Source: an uncultured Actinomycetes bacterium
GTDB taxonomy: Bacteria; Actinomycetota; Thermoleophilia; Gaiellales; Gaiellaceae
Assembly (NCBI GenBank): GCA_963753525.1
Contig: CAVWCS010000005.1
Location: 768,603 to 832,602, forward strand
Direction: 5' to 3'
DNA: 64,000 nt
In this document: piece after piece, positions 1-9,997 of the stretch
How positions within the stretch are numbered: position 1 is the first letter of the stretch
Layout: every line of letters starts with the position of its first letter
Program-made: the position numbers and the translations under genes
The notes under the pieces: generated by a model
Databases searched by the model: none
Told to the model about the DNA's origin: nothing
Seen by the model: only the letters and a program-made list of their open reading frames with translations

Positions 1-283
1 CGCGCGTGGCCGCGTCAACCGGATTCGCAAGCGGACGTGTCACATCACGATTGAGCTCGCGCAGAGCCCGACGGCGGTTGCTGCTGCGGCCGCTCAGGCT
101 GCGGCTGCGCCGAAGAAGCGCGCGCCGCGCGCGAAGGCTGAGCCGGTCGAGACCGAGGCTGTGGTCGAGGAGACCCCGGTCGAGGAGACCCCGGTCGCCG
201 AGAACCCGGTCGAAGAGACGGAAACCACCGAGGAGACCGCGACTGAGACGGACGAGGTCTTGACTGAGGGGACAGAAGGCTAA
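1..283 (+). CDS. rplV: 50S ribosomal protein L22, 3' part (gene begins upstream of window) with Ala/Glu/Pro/Thr-rich C-terminal tail
   Basis: Frame 2 is absent from the ORF track because it has no start in the window. It reads [19 protein letters not shown], the canonical L22 C-terminus. About 70 aa of low-complexity tail follow ([48 protein letters not shown]...). It ends at TAA 281-283, overlapping the rpsC ATG (TAATG). The position upstream of rpsC fits operon order. Confidence 0.85.
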   Translation, partial: ARGRVNRIRKRTCHITIELAQSPTAVAAAAAQAAAAPKKRAPRAKAEPVETEAVVEETPVEETPVAENPVEETETTEETATETDEVLTEGTEG

Positions 284-1477
284 TGGGACAGAAGATTCAT
301 CCTGGGGGACTCCGCGTGGGCGTCATCCACGACTGGAAGTCCAACTGGTACACCGGCAAGAAGGAGTTCGCGGGCTACATCCTCGAGGACGTCAAGATCC
401 GCGAGCACATCTACGGCAAGCTCGCGCACGCGGGGTTGTCCGACATCCTGATCCGCAAGGACAAGCAGCGGATCACGATCGACATCTACACCGCACGGCC
501 GGGCATCGTGATCGGCAAGTCGGGCGTCGAGGTCGACGCGCTGCGGAAAGAGCTGCACGCGCTCACCCAGAAGAACGTCCACATCAACATCAACGAGATC
601 AAGCGCCCCGAGCTCGACGCGAAGCTCGTCGCGCAGTCGATCGCGGAGCAGCTCTCCAACCGCGTCGCCTTCCGCCGCGCGATGAAGCGCGCGCTCGCCT
701 CGGCGATCCGCTCCGGCGCCGCCGGTGTGAAGATCCGGTGCGCCGGCCGCCTCGGCGGCGGCGAGATGAGCCGCAGCGAGACGTACAGCGAGGGCCGCGT
801 GCCGCTCCACACCATCCGCGCCGACATCGACTACGGCTTCGTCGAGGCGAAGACGACTCAGCCGGCCGCATCGGCGTGAAGGTCTGGATCAACAAGGGCG
901 AGATCATGCCGGAGGGCTTCGGCGAGACCGACAACCGGCTCGGCGACCAGGACACGCGCCGTCGTCGCGGCGGTGCGCTCGAGGGTCTCGGTGCCTCGCG
1001 CGAGAGCGGCCGCGCCCGCGGCCAGGATCGCGAGGGCCTCGGTCCGGTGCGCCAGCGCCGGCGCGGGCCAGGTGGCGGTCCGGGCGGACCCGGTGGCCGG
1101 GCGGCTCCGGTCGTCCCGGCCAGCGGCGCGGTCCGGGCGCGTCGGCGCACGCCCTTCGGGCGGCCAGGTCCATCGGCGCACGCCCTTCGGGCGGCGCGGG
1201 CGGCGGACGCGGTCCGCGCCGTGACCAGCCGGTCGAGCAGCCCAAGGTCGAGGAGAAGCAGGTTCAGGCAACCGAGCCGGTCGTCGAGACTCCGGCGCCC
1301 GAGCAGGTCGTCGAGACCCCAGCGGTCGTCGAGGCCGTCGAGACTCCGGTGACCGAGGCCGCCGCGCCCGAGGCTCCCGCTGCCGACAAGCCGAAGCGCG
1401 CCCCGCGCAAGAAGGCGGAACCGAAGGCCGAAGCGGAGCCGAAGGCCGACGCGGAGCCGAAGGACGGTGACGCCTGA
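283..1477 (+). CDS. rpsC: 30S ribosomal protein S3 with long low-complexity C-terminal tail; reading frame broken as sequenced
   Basis: ORF 283-879 reads [13 protein letters not shown]...[15 protein letters not shown] and then stops prematurely. The expected continuation [13 protein letters not shown] lies in frame 0 from about 864 (inside ORF 738-1352). A third frame reads ...[34 protein letters not shown]...[29 protein letters not shown]. It ends at TGA 1475-1477, overlapping the rplP ATG. The core call is secure; the path through the tail is uncertain. Confidence 0.85.
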
Positions 1478-1896
1478 TGTTGATGCCGAAGAAGACGAAG
1501 TTCCGGAAGGTCCATCGCGGCCGGCGGCGCGGCACCTCCAAGGGGCAGACCGTCGTCCAGTACGGCGACTACGGCCTGAAGGCCATGGATGCCGGCTGGA
1601 TCACGAACCGCCAGATCGAGGCGGCTCGTATCGCGATGACGCGCAAGATCAAGCGCGGAGGCAAGGTCTGGATCAACGTCTTCCCCGACAAGAGCTTCAC
1701 CAAGAAGCCGGCCGAGACGCGCATGGGCTCCGGCAAGGGCTCGCCCGAAGGCTGGGTCTGCGTGATCAAGCCGGGCCGCGTGATGTTCGAGCTCGCCGGC
1801 GTGCCCGAGCCGCTCGCCAAAGAGGCGCTCCGGCTCGCGGGCCAGAAGCTGTCGATCAAGACGAAGATCGTGAAGCGAGAGGCTGAGCTCTTTTGA
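1477..1896 (+). CDS. rplP: 50S ribosomal protein L16
   Basis: 139 aa [22 protein letters not shown]...[11 protein letters not shown], typical L16. The start overlaps the S3 stop, and operon order fits. Confidence 0.97.
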   Translation: MLMPKKTKFRKVHRGRRRGTSKGQTVVQYGDYGLKAMDAGWITNRQIEAARIAMTRKIKRGGKVWINVFPDKSFTKKPAETRMGSGKGSPEGWVCVIKPGRVMFELAGVPEPLAKEALRLAGQKLSIKTKIVKREAELF

Positions 1897-2099
1897 CTAG
1901 GGCATCGGAACTGCGTTCGTTGACGGACGACGAGCTCGAGCACCGGCTCTCCGAGCGGCGACAGGAGCTGTTCAACCTCCGCTTCCAGTCGGTGACCGGC
2001 GCGCTCGAGAACTCGGCGCGTCTCAAGCTCGCGAAGCGCGAGATCGCCCGCATCCTCACCGTCGTCACCGAGCGAGAGGCAGAGAAGGCAACAAGCTGA
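1893..2099 (+). CDS. rpmC: 50S ribosomal protein L29
   Basis: 68 aa, ...[27 protein letters not shown], typical L29. It has 4-nt overlaps with both neighbours. Confidence 0.95.
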   Translation: MTRASELRSLTDDELEHRLSERRQELFNLRFQSVTGALENSARLKLAKREIARILTVVTEREAEKATS

Positions 2100-2887
2100 T
2101 GACTGAAGAGAACGAGAACATCGAAGAGACAACAGAGGCCCCGGTGGAACCGGAGTCGACGGAAGAGACTCCGGCCGAGGCAGAGGTTCCGGCCGAGGAG
2201 TCCGCCGCCGAGGAAGCGCCGGCTGACGAGCCCGCCGCCGAAGAGGCGCCTGAGCCCGTGGCCGAAGAGCCGGCCGCGGAGCCGGAGGCTGCCGTCGCAG
2301 AGGAAGCTCCCGCAGAGGAAGCTCCGCCTGAAGAGCCGGTCGCCGAGGTGCCTGCACCTGAGGTCGAAAGCGGAGGCGAGGTTTCGGACGAGCCCGGCCG
2401 CGATCCGGCGGCTTCGCCGCCGGATCTTGCAGCCATCGCGGAGGAAACTCCTGCGGCTGAGGTCGAGACGGCGCCTGCCGCTGAAGCGGCTCCGGCTGCT
2501 CCTCAAGCTCAGTCGGAACCGAAGAAGAAGAGCAAGCGCCTCCCGCGCAGTCTGCGTCCGCAGAAGACGCGTCCGTCGCGCCCCGTTGCGACCGGCGACC
2601 GCAAGCCCATCGTTCGCCTGCCGAAGCCCGAGCACGACCGCGGTCGTCGCCAGGAGCGGCGCGGCGTCGTCGTCTCGAGCGCGATGGATAAGACGATCGT
2701 CGTCAAGGTCGACGTGATCACCTCGCACCAGAGGTACAAGAAGGTCATCCGCCGCAGCGTGAAGTTCCACGCGCATGACGAGCAGAACGCCGCGAGCGTC
2801 GGCGACATCGTCCGCATCATCGAGACGCGGCCGCTCTCGAAGACGAAGCACTGGCGGCTCGCCGAGATCGTCGAGGCGGCGAAATGA
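2099..2887 (+). CDS. rpsQ: 30S ribosomal protein S17 with ~180-aa acidic Pro/Glu/Ala-rich N-terminal extension
   Basis: The C-terminal 80 aa form the S17 core: [66 protein letters not shown] 2099 overlaps the rpmC stop (TGATGA). No alternative start lies before the core apart from one internal Met. Confidence 0.9.
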   Translation: MTEENENIEETTEAPVEPESTEETPAEAEVPAEESAAEEAPADEPAAEEAPEPVAEEPAAEPEAAVAEEAPAEEAPPEEPVAEVPAPEVESGGEVSDEPGRDPAASPPDLAAIAEETPAAEVETAPAAEAAPAAPQAQSEPKKKSKRLPRSLRPQKTRPSRPVATGDRKPIVRLPKPEHDRGRRQERRGVVVSSAMDKTIVVKVDVITSHQRYKKVIRRSVKFHAHDEQNAASVGDIVRIIETRPLSKTKHWRLAEIVEAAK

Positions 2888-3252
2888 TCCAGCAGGAGTC
2901 ACGCCTCAAGGTGGCCGACAACACCGGCGCCCGCGAGATCCTCTGCATCCGCGTCAAGGGTGGCCATCACCGCCGCTACGCGCGGGTCGGCGACATCATC
3001 ATCGGCACCGTCAAGACGGCAACGCCGCAGGGCGCCGTCAAGAAGGGCGAGGTCGTCACGGCGGTCGTCGTGCGGACGAAGAAGCCGTTCGGTCGCGACG
3101 ACGGGACGACGATCGCGTTCGACGAGAACGCCGCGGTGATCATCGACAACCAGCGCAACCCGCGCGGCACCCGCATCTTCGGGCCGGTCGCGCGCGAGCT
3201 GCGCGAGAAGAACTTCATGAAGATCGTCTCGCTCGCACCGGAGGTTCTCTAG
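2884..3252 (+). CDS. rplN: 50S ribosomal protein L14
   Basis: 122 aa, [24 protein letters not shown]..., canonical L14. ATGA overlap with rpsQ. Confidence 0.97.
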   Translation: MIQQESRLKVADNTGAREILCIRVKGGHHRRYARVGDIIIGTVKTATPQGAVKKGEVVTAVVVRTKKPFGRDDGTTIAFDENAAVIIDNQRNPRGTRIFGPVARELREKNFMKIVSLAPEVL

Positions 3253-3615
3253 ATGTCCCAGACCATGAAGATCAAAAAGGGCGATCGGGTGCACGTCCTC
3301 CGCGGCAAGGACGCCGGCAAGGAAGGCCGCGTCGTCGAGTCGCTGCCGAAGGACGGCAAGGTCATCGTCGAGAACATCAACGTGATCAAGAAACACCGGC
3401 GCCCGCGCGCGATCCAGGGCGTCAACAACATCGGTGGAGCCGTAGTCCCGGGCGGGATCATCGACCTGCCGGCGCCGCTGCCGGTCGCGAACGTGATGCT
3501 CGTCTGCCCGACCTGCGGCAAGCCGACCCGCGTAAGCACGGTGACGAAGACCATCGCCGGCAAGCAGGTGCGGATCCGCGTCTGCAAGCGCTGCGGCCAG
3601 GAGATCGACAAGTAA
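3253..3615 (+). CDS. rplX: 50S ribosomal protein L24 (with C-terminal CxxC...CxxC zinc-ribbon-like segment)
   Basis: 120 aa with [22 protein letters not shown] (KOW motif). The C-terminus contains [10 protein letters not shown]...CKRCGQEI. Confidence 0.95.
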   Translation: MSQTMKIKKGDRVHVLRGKDAGKEGRVVESLPKDGKVIVENINVIKKHRRPRAIQGVNNIGGAVVPGGIIDLPAPLPVANVMLVCPTCGKPTRVSTVTKTIAGKQVRIRVCKRCGQEIDK

Positions 3616-4202
3616 TGGCGACCGCAACCGAGACATACACGCCACGCCTTAAGGACCTGTACGAAGGCGAGATTCGCGAGCGGCTCAAGGACGAGCTGGG
3701 CCTCGACTCGATCATGCAGGCGCCGCGCATCGAGAAGATCACGCTCAACATGGGCGTCGGCGAGGCGAAGACCGACTCGAAGGCGATGGACGCCGCGATC
3801 GAGGAGCTGACGACGATCGCCGGCCAGCGCGCGCAGGTGCGCAAGGCTACGAAGTCGATCGCGCAGTTCAAACTGCGCGAGGGGATGGCTGTTGGCGCGC
3901 GCGTCACGCTGCGCGGCGTCCGCATGTACGAGTTCCTCGATCGGCTCGTCTCGATCGCGCTGCCCCGCATCCGCGACTTCCGTGGCCTCAACCCGGGCTC
4001 GTTCGACGGGCGCGGCAACTTCTCGATCGGCGTACGCGAGCAGCTCATCTTCCCGGAGATCAACTACGACGACATTCAGGACGTCCGCGGCCTCGACGTG
4101 ACGATCACGACGAGCGCGCAGTCGGACGAGCATGCGCTCGCGCTACTGCTGGCCCTCGGCCTGCCGTTCGCGAACGCCGACGGCGAAGGAAGGAATATCT
4201 AG
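3615..4202 (+). CDS. rplE: 50S ribosomal protein L5
   Basis: Internal ATG 3615 of ORF 2775-4202 overlaps the rplX TAA. The protein reads [30 protein letters not shown]...[10 protein letters not shown]...[18 protein letters not shown], canonical L5. Confidence 0.95.
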   Translation: MATATETYTPRLKDLYEGEIRERLKDELGLDSIMQAPRIEKITLNMGVGEAKTDSKAMDAAIEELTTIAGQRAQVRKATKSIAQFKLREGMAVGARVTLRGVRMYEFLDRLVSIALPRIRDFRGLNPGSFDGRGNFSIGVREQLIFPEINYDDIQDVRGLDVTITTSAQSDEHALALLLALGLPFANADGEGRNI

Positions 4203-4387
4203 TGGCCAAAACGTCTCTCGTCGTGAAGCAGCGGCGGCCTCAGAAGTACAGGGTGCGGAACTACACGCGCTGCAACCGGTGCGGCCGGCCGCGCGCGGTA
4301 TTCAAGAAGTTCGGCCTCTGCCGGATCTGCCTGCGCGAGCTCGCCCACCAGGGCGCCATCCCCGGCATGACGAAGTCCAGTTGGTAG
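4202..4387 (+). CDS. rpsN: 30S ribosomal protein S14 type Z (zinc-binding short form)
   Basis: 61 aa with a GTG start overlapping the rplE stop. Contains [23 protein letters not shown], two CxxC pairs. Confidence 0.95.
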   Translation: MAKTSLVVKQRRPQKYRVRNYTRCNRCGRPRAVFKKFGLCRICLRELAHQGAIPGMTKSSW

Positions 4388-4397
4388 GAGAAACGAC

Positions 4398-4826
4398 GTG
4401 CTGACCGATCCGATCGCAGACATGCTCACCCGCATCCGCAACGCCAACAAGGCGCTGCACGAGCACGCCGCAATGCCGAGCTCGCGGATGAAGGTCGAGA
4501 TCGCCCGCCTTCTCAAGGAGGAGGGCTACATCCGGGACTACCACGTGGAGAAGCCCGCCGCGTGGAACGCGGCTCATGAAGAAGACAAACGGTCCTTCGA
4601 TACCCTTGTGATCGACCTCAAGTTCGGCCGCGACCGCGAGCGGGTCATCTCCGGCCTGAAGCGCGTGTCGAAGCCGGGCCGCAGGGTCTACGCGCGGAAG
4701 GACCGTCTGCCGCGCGTGCTGGGCGGCATGGGCGTCGCAATCCTGTCCACGTCGTCCGGTCTCATCACGGCCCGCACCGCCCAGGAACAAGGCGTCGGCG
4801 GCGAGGTCGTCGCTTTCATCTGGTAA
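4398..4826 (+). CDS. rpsH: 30S ribosomal protein S8
   Basis: 142 aa, [19 protein letters not shown]...[23 protein letters not shown], canonical S8. Confidence 0.96.
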   Translation: MLTDPIADMLTRIRNANKALHEHAAMPSSRMKVEIARLLKEEGYIRDYHVEKPAAWNAAHEEDKRSFDTLVIDLKFGRDRERVISGLKRVSKPGRRVYARKDRLPRVLGGMGVAILSTSSGLITARTAQEQGVGGEVVAFIW

Positions 4827-4848
4827 CCGCGATGTCATCCCTAAAACA

Positions 4849-5382
4849 ATGAGCAGAATCGGAAAAGCCCCAATCGAGATCCCGGACGGTGTCACCGTCA
4901 CGATCGAGCCTGCCCGCGTTGCGGTCGCCGGCCCGCTCGGCGCGCTGCAGCAGCAGGTGCCGGCGCGGATGAAGATCGAGCAGTCCGACGGCGTCGTAAC
5001 CGTGACGCGCCCGACCGAGCGCGGCGAGGACCGCTCGCTGCACGGCCTGACGCGGACGCTCGTCGCGAACATGGTCGAGGGCGTGACGAAGGGCTTCGAG
5101 AAGAAGCTCGAGATTCAGGGCGTCGGCTATCGCGCCCAGCTCAAGGGCTCCGACCTCGAGCTCAGCGTCGGGTATTCCCACACCGTCACGATCAAGCCGC
5201 GCACCGGCATCACGTTCGAGGTGCCGACGCCGACGGAGATCGTCGTCAAGGGAACCGACAAGCAGATGGTCGGCCAGACGGCCGCCGAGATCCGCAAGGT
5301 GCGCAAGCCGGAGCCGTACAAGGGCAAGGGCATCCGCTACGAGGGCGAGTACGTGCGCCGGAAGGTCGGCAAGCGTGCCTAG
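4849..5382 (+). CDS. rplF: 50S ribosomal protein L6
   Basis: 177 aa, [19 protein letters not shown]...[18 protein letters not shown], canonical L6. Confidence 0.96.
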   Translation: MSRIGKAPIEIPDGVTVTIEPARVAVAGPLGALQQQVPARMKIEQSDGVVTVTRPTERGEDRSLHGLTRTLVANMVEGVTKGFEKKLEIQGVGYRAQLKGSDLELSVGYSHTVTIKPRTGITFEVPTPTEIVVKGTDKQMVGQTAAEIRKVRKPEPYKGKGIRYEGEYVRRKVGKRA

Positions 5383-5731
5383 CCTGACCGTTAGGGAGGC
5401 TCGTCTCCGTCGTCACCGGCGCGTACGCGGGAAGGTCATCGGAACCGCCGAGCGACCGCGCCTCGCCGTGTTCCGCTCGAACCGCGGCATCGAGGCGCAG
5501 CTCGTCGACGACGCGTCCGGCAAGACGCTCGCGTCGGCCTCGCACCTCGGGCTCGCGAAGTCGTTCAAAGGCGACAAGTCGAAGCAGGCGGAGGCGGTCG
5601 GGAAGGCCCTCGCAGCGGCGGCGAAGAAGGCCGGCGTCGAGGCGTGCGTCTTCGACCGCGGCGGCTACCTCTACCACGGACGTGTGAAGGCGCTTGCCGA
5701 CGGCGCCCGCGAAGGAGGCCTGGAGTTTTGA
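5375..5731 (+). CDS. rplR: 50S ribosomal protein L18
   Basis: 118 aa, ...[35 protein letters not shown]...[27 protein letters not shown], canonical L18. Confidence 0.95.
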   Translation: MPSLTVREARLRRHRRVRGKVIGTAERPRLAVFRSNRGIEAQLVDDASGKTLASASHLGLAKSFKGDKSKQAEAVGKALAAAAKKAGVEACVFDRGGYLYHGRVKALADGAREGGLEF

Positions 5732-6498
5732 GTGGTATCGAGTACACCGAGACGCGCGAGCTCAAAGAGCGCGTCGTCGAGATCAACCGCGTCGCCAAGG
5801 TCGTCAAGGGCGGCCGGCGCTTCTCCTTCACGGCGCTTGTCGTCGTGGGGGACGAGGTCGACCGCGTCGGCCTCGGCTACGGCAAGGCGCGCGAGGTGCC
5901 TCTCGCGATCACGAAGGCCGTCGAGGACGCGAAGAAGAACCTCTTCACGATCCCCAAGCACGGCTCGACGATCACGCACGAGGTACTCGGCCGCTTCGAC
6001 GCGGCTCGCGTCATGCTCCGGCCCGCCTCGGAGGGAACCGGCGTCATCGCCGGCGGCGGCGTGCGCGCGGTGCTCGAGCTCGGCGGCGTCCGCAACGTTC
6101 TCGCGAAGAGCCTCGGCACGACGAACCCGATCAACATGGCGAAGGCGACTGTCGCCGCGCTCCAGGATCTGCGCCGGCCCGAGGATGTCGCGAGGATCCG
6201 CGGCAAGCGGATCAGCGAGGTGCTGCCCTTCTCTGAGGCAGCTCCGGTCGAGACCGAAGCTGAGGCTGCAAGCGTCGCCGGCGAAGCCGACGACGCGCGG
6301 CCGGACTCAGTCGAGACCTCAATGGACTCAGTCAAGGAAGTGCAGCCTGTAGTCGACACCGAGCCTGTCGCCGAGGAGGCTCCGGTCGAGGAGCCGGTCG
6401 CCGAGGCCGTTCCGACCGAGGAGCCTGCCGCCGAGGAACCACCTGCCGAAGAGCACAAGAAGCGGCTCTCGCTCCGGCGCAAGAAGGACGACGCCTAG
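5728..6498 (+). CDS. rpsE: 30S ribosomal protein S5 with ~90-aa acidic C-terminal tail
   Basis: Inside ORF 5644-6498. TTG 5728 lies 9 nt after GAAGGAGG and overlaps the rplR stop. The protein reads [41 protein letters not shown]..., the S5 core. The tail reads ...[16 protein letters not shown]...[27 protein letters not shown]. Confidence 0.9.
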   Translation: MSGIEYTETRELKERVVEINRVAKVVKGGRRFSFTALVVVGDEVDRVGLGYGKAREVPLAITKAVEDAKKNLFTIPKHGSTITHEVLGRFDAARVMLRPASEGTGVIAGGGVRAVLELGGVRNVLAKSLGTTNPINMAKATVAALQDLRRPEDVARIRGKRISEVLPFSEAAPVETEAEAASVAGEADDARPDSVETSMDSVKEVQPVVDTEPVAEEAPVEEPVAEAVPTEEPAAEEPPAEEHKKRLSLRRKKDDA

Positions 6499-6678
6499 AT
6501 GGCGAAGGTGAAGATCACGCAGGTCAAGTCCCAGATCGGGCAGTCCGAGCGGCATCGCGGTACCCTGCGCGCGCTCGGACTCGGTCGCATCGGCAAGAGC
6601 TCCGAGCAGGAGGAGTCGCCGGTGCTTGCCGGCATGCTCCGCAAGGTTCGCCATCTCGTGAAGGTTGAAAGCGCCTGA
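6499..6678 (+). CDS. rpmD: 50S ribosomal protein L30
   Basis: 59 aa, below the ORF-track cutoff and translated by hand: MAKVKITQVKSQIGQSERHRGTLRALGLGRIGKSSEQEESPVLAGMLRKVRHLVKVESA. The ATG directly follows the rpsE TAG. TGA 6676-6678 overlaps the rplO ATG. Confidence 0.9.
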   Translation: MAKVKITQVKSQIGQSERHRGTLRALGLGRIGKSSEQEESPVLAGMLRKVRHLVKVESA

Positions 6679-7310
6679 TGCCCGAGAAACAACTCAATCT
6701 CTCGAATCTCAGTCCGGCCCAGCCGCGCGAGGACCGCAAGCGCGTCGGCCGTGGGCTCGGCTCCGGCAAGGGCCGCTACTCCGGCCGTGGCATCAAGGGC
6801 CAGAAGTCGCGCGCGGGCTCGCACAAGATGGCGGCCGGGTTCGAGGGCGGCCAGACGAAGCTCTTCATGCGGATCGGCAAGCTGCGCGGCAACACGTCTG
6901 CCGACGCGATGCCGATCGGCCCGTTCCGGACGTATACCCAGCCGGTCAACCTCCGCGACCTCGACCGTTTTGACGCCGGGGCGGAAGTCACGCCCGAGAC
7001 GCTCGTCGAGAAGGGCCTGCTCAAGAACACGAAGATCGACGTCAAGCTGCTCGGCAGCGGCGAGCTCACGAAGAAGCTCACCGTCCGCGTCCACGCCATC
7101 TCCGCCTCCGCGCGCGACAAGGTCGAGGCAGCCGGCGGCACCGTCGAGCTGCTCCGCGAGCCGAAGGTCAAGAAGGTGCGCCACCATAAGGCGAAGCCGG
7201 TGGCGGCTGCGGAAGAGCCCGCAGTCGACGAGGAGGCGACCGCGGACGCCACACCGGCAGACGCCACAGCGTCCGCCACCGAAACCGAGCCAGTAGAAGA
7301 GGAGAGCTAG
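6678..7310 (+). CDS. rplO: 50S ribosomal protein L15 with acidic C-terminal tail
   Basis: 210 aa, ...LSNLSPAQPREDRKRVGRGLGSGKGRYSGRGIKGQKSR, the L15 core. The last ~55 aa are Ala/Glu/Thr-rich. Confidence 0.95.
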   Translation: MPEKQLNLSNLSPAQPREDRKRVGRGLGSGKGRYSGRGIKGQKSRAGSHKMAAGFEGGQTKLFMRIGKLRGNTSADAMPIGPFRTYTQPVNLRDLDRFDAGAEVTPETLVEKGLLKNTKIDVKLLGSGELTKKLTVRVHAISASARDKVEAAGGTVELLREPKVKKVRHHKAKPVAAAEEPAVDEEATADATPADATASATETEPVEEES

Positions 7311-7314
7311 GTCC

Positions 7315-8574
7315 ATGTTTGCGTGGCTCGCGAACGCCTGGCGCGTCCCCGAGCTGCGCCGGCGCGTCCTCTTCACCGCCGGTGTGCTCGCCGTCTACAA
7401 GTTCGGTTCCTGGTTGCCTGCGCCGGATCTCTCAGCAAGCGCGGCAACCAACGCAGGCTCGGGTACGGGTCTCTCCAGCCTCCTCAACCTCCTTTCGGCC
7501 GGCGGCTTTTCGCGCGGTGCGATCTTCTCTGTCGGCATCCAGGCATACGTCACGGCTTCGATCATCCTCCAACTCCTGACGACGGCGATCCCCTCGCTCG
7601 AACGGCTACAGAAGGAGGGCGAGGCCGGCCAGATGAAGATCAACCAGTACTCCCGGTACCTCACGGTGGCGCTGGCCCTCTTCACGTCGACCGGATACGC
7701 GTTCCTGTTCAAGAAAGAGAAGCTGCTTGTGAGCGCGGACGCCGGCCGCATGCTCCTGCTCATCCTGACGCTCACAGCCGGGGCCGCGTTGCTGATGTGG
7801 CTCGGCGAGCAGATCACGAAGCGCGGTGTCGGCAACGGGATCTCGATCATCATCGTCGCCTCGATCCTCAGTTCCGCCCCGGCAGCGATCGGGAGAGGCG
7901 GCTGGCTCGGCGCCGATGCGACGGGGCAGCTGTTCATGCCGATCGTGATCCTCGCCGTAATCGTGGCCGTCGTCTTCGTCATGGAGGGACAGCGGCGGAT
8001 CCCAGTCCAGTACGCGCGACGCCAACTCGGCGGCCGCGATTCGTCGGTCGGTACCTCGACCTACATGCCTCTCAGCATCAACATGGCAGGAGTCATTCCC
8101 GTGATCTTCGCGCTCGCGCCGCTCTCGATCGCGCAGACGATCGGCGGCTTCAAGCCGGCTTGGCAGAACTGGATCACGACGAACTTCAGCTTCACGGATT
8201 GGAAATACCTGCTCACCGAGGTCGTCTTGATCATCACGTTCACGTTCTTCTACACGTCGGTCGTCTTCAACCCGGTCGAGCAAGCCGACAACCTCAGGAA
8301 GTCGAACGGCTACATCCCGGGGCTTCGTCCCGGCCCGCCCACGGCGGCCTATCTCGACCGCGTCCTAAGCCGTCTGACCTTCTTCGGCGCGCTGTTCCTC
8401 GCCGCGGTCGCCGTCGCGCCATCGATCTTCGAATCGCAATTCCACTTCCCGCAGACCGCGACCCGCTTCCTCGGCGGAACCTCGGTGCTCATCGTGGTCG
8501 GTGTCGCGCTGATGACAATGCGGCAGATGGAGTCGCAGATGGCCATGCGGCACTACGAAGGCTTCTTGCGCTAG
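7315..8574 (+). CDS. secY: Preprotein translocase subunit SecY
   Basis: 419 aa multi-pass membrane protein, ...PELRRRVLFTAGVLAVYKFGSWLPAPD...GISIIIVASI.... Canonical position after rplO. Confidence 0.96.
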   Translation: MFAWLANAWRVPELRRRVLFTAGVLAVYKFGSWLPAPDLSASAATNAGSGTGLSSLLNLLSAGGFSRGAIFSVGIQAYVTASIILQLLTTAIPSLERLQKEGEAGQMKINQYSRYLTVALALFTSTGYAFLFKKEKLLVSADAGRMLLLILTLTAGAALLMWLGEQITKRGVGNGISIIIVASILSSAPAAIGRGGWLGADATGQLFMPIVILAVIVAVVFVMEGQRRIPVQYARRQLGGRDSSVGTSTYMPLSINMAGVIPVIFALAPLSIAQTIGGFKPAWQNWITTNFSFTDWKYLLTEVVLIITFTFFYTSVVFNPVEQADNLRKSNGYIPGLRPGPPTAAYLDRVLSRLTFFGALFLAAVAVAPSIFESQFHFPQTATRFLGGTSVLIVVGVALMTMRQMESQMAMRHYEGFLR

Positions 8575-9159
8575 ATGAACATCCTCGTGCTGGGGCCGCA
8601 GGGCTCCGGCAAAGGCACCCAGGCGAAGCGGATCAAGGCGACGTACGGGATCCCGCACATCGCGACAGGGGACATGCTCCGCGAGATGCGGGGGATCGAC
8701 AACGACCTCGGCCGTGAGCTGAGCGAGGTCATGGATCGCGGCGACCTCGTGAACGACGAGATGATGATCCGACTCATGCACAGCCGGCTCTCGCGCGGCG
8801 ACACGCTCGGCGGCTTCGTCCTCGACGGCTTCCCGCGCACGATGCCGCAGGCCGAGGCGCTCGACGACCTGCTGCGCGAGCTCGACCGTGAGCTCGACGT
8901 CGTCTTCGACTTCCAGGTTCCCGACCGCGAGGTGCTGCTGCAGCGGATGCTCCAGCGCGCCGCCCACGAAGGCCGCGCGGACGACACGCCGGGGGCGATC
9001 GAACGGCGACTCGAGCTGTACAGGCGCGAGACGGAGCCGCTCGTCGACTACTACCGGACGCACCAGGCGAACGTCGTCGGCATCCACGCCGACCGCAGCG
9101 TCGACGAGGTCTTCGGCGAGATCGAGCGCTCGCTCCAGTCGGTCGAGGCACGAGCGTGA
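8575..9159 (+). CDS. adk: Adenylate kinase (short-lid type, no zinc lid)
   Basis: 194 aa with MNILVLGPQGSGKGTQAKRI (P-loop) and ...GFVLDGFPRT. No Cys4 lid. Confidence 0.96.
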   Translation: MNILVLGPQGSGKGTQAKRIKATYGIPHIATGDMLREMRGIDNDLGRELSEVMDRGDLVNDEMMIRLMHSRLSRGDTLGGFVLDGFPRTMPQAEALDDLLRELDRELDVVFDFQVPDREVLLQRMLQRAAHEGRADDTPGAIERRLELYRRETEPLVDYYRTHQANVVGIHADRSVDEVFGEIERSLQSVEARA

Positions 9160-9989
9160 TCATCCGAAAGTCCGCCGCTGAGATCGAGGGGATCGCGCGC
9201 GCCGGCACGCTTCTTGCCGAGACGCTCGCGCTCGTCGGCGAGCACCTCGAGCCTGGGGTGACGATGCGCGAGCTCGACCGGATCGCCGACGAGCACCTCG
9301 CCGCGAACGGGGCGACGCCGACCTCGAAGGGCTACAAAGGCTTCCCCGCAGCGCTCTGCATCTCGCCGAACGCGATGGTCGTGCACGGGATCCCGAGCGA
9401 CTACGCAGCACGCGAGGGCGACCTCATCTCGCTCGACCTCGGCGTGACGCTGGACGGCCTCGTCGCCGACAGCGCCGTCACGCTCCCGGTCGGCGAGATC
9501 TCACCCGAGGCCCAGCGGCTGCTCGACGTCTGCCAGGAGGCGCTCGCCGCCGGCATCGACCAGGCGCGCCCGGGCAACCATCTCTCCGACATCTCGCACG
9601 CCGTCCAGGTCGTCGTCGAGGACGCCGGCTTCTCGGTCGTCCGCAGCCTCGTCGGGCACGGCGTCGGCCGCTCGTACCACGAAGACCCGCAGATCCCGAA
9701 CTACGGCCCGCCCGGCCGCGGCCCCGTTCTGCAGGAAGGGATGACGCTCGCGATCGAGCCGATGATCACCGCCGGCGAGCCGGACGTCTACGTTCACGCC
9801 GACGAGTGGTCGATCTCGTCGGTCGACGAGTCGCTCGCGGCCCATTTCGAGCACACAGTGGCGATCGTGGCCGACGGCCCGCGGATCCTGACTTCGCTGG
9901 AAACGTCGGCGGCCAAGCCGCCGACGCCCGGCAGGCAGACCGCGCCGCCTGCGGCGGCGCCCGGCGGAAAAGCGCCTTTGCTACGATGA
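9156..9989 (+). CDS. map: Type I methionine aminopeptidase with ~30-aa Pro/Ala-rich C-terminal tail
   Basis: 277 aa, ...MVVHGIPSDY..GDLISLDLG...VGHGVGRSYHEDPQIPNY...LAIEPMI...HFEHTV. The metal-ligand pattern is typical of MetAP. Confidence 0.95.
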   Translation: MIIRKSAAEIEGIARAGTLLAETLALVGEHLEPGVTMRELDRIADEHLAANGATPTSKGYKGFPAALCISPNAMVVHGIPSDYAAREGDLISLDLGVTLDGLVADSAVTLPVGEISPEAQRLLDVCQEALAAGIDQARPGNHLSDISHAVQVVVEDAGFSVVRSLVGHGVGRSYHEDPQIPNYGPPGRGPVLQEGMTLAIEPMITAGEPDVYVHADEWSISSVDESLAAHFEHTVAIVADGPRILTSLETSAAKPPTPGRQTAPPAAAPGGKAPLLR

Positions 9990-9997
9990 CCACCTTC

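Noticed and set aside
150-215. Short tandem DNA repeats, such as GAGGAGACCCCGGTC twice in the L22 tail, PEA-type repeats in the S17 N-terminus and AAGGC(G/C)GAG repeats in the L21 tail. Considered as possible CRISPR or VNTR loci.
   Set aside because: They lie inside reading frames and encode low-complexity peptide repeats. There is no repeat-spacer architecture and no cas genes.
599-2902. Many long ORFs in the track are antisense to, or out of frame with, the ribosomal genes (e.g. 6-263, 599-1150, 858-1541, 1569-2357, 1856-2902). Similar cases lie elsewhere (16509-18014, 22614-23348, 38920-40101, 61856-63769).
   Set aside because: Their products are Arg/Pro/Ser/Ala-rich nonsense, typical of non-coding frames in very GC-rich DNA. 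Each overlaps a gene with unmistakable conserved motifs. None has an SD or recognisable domains.
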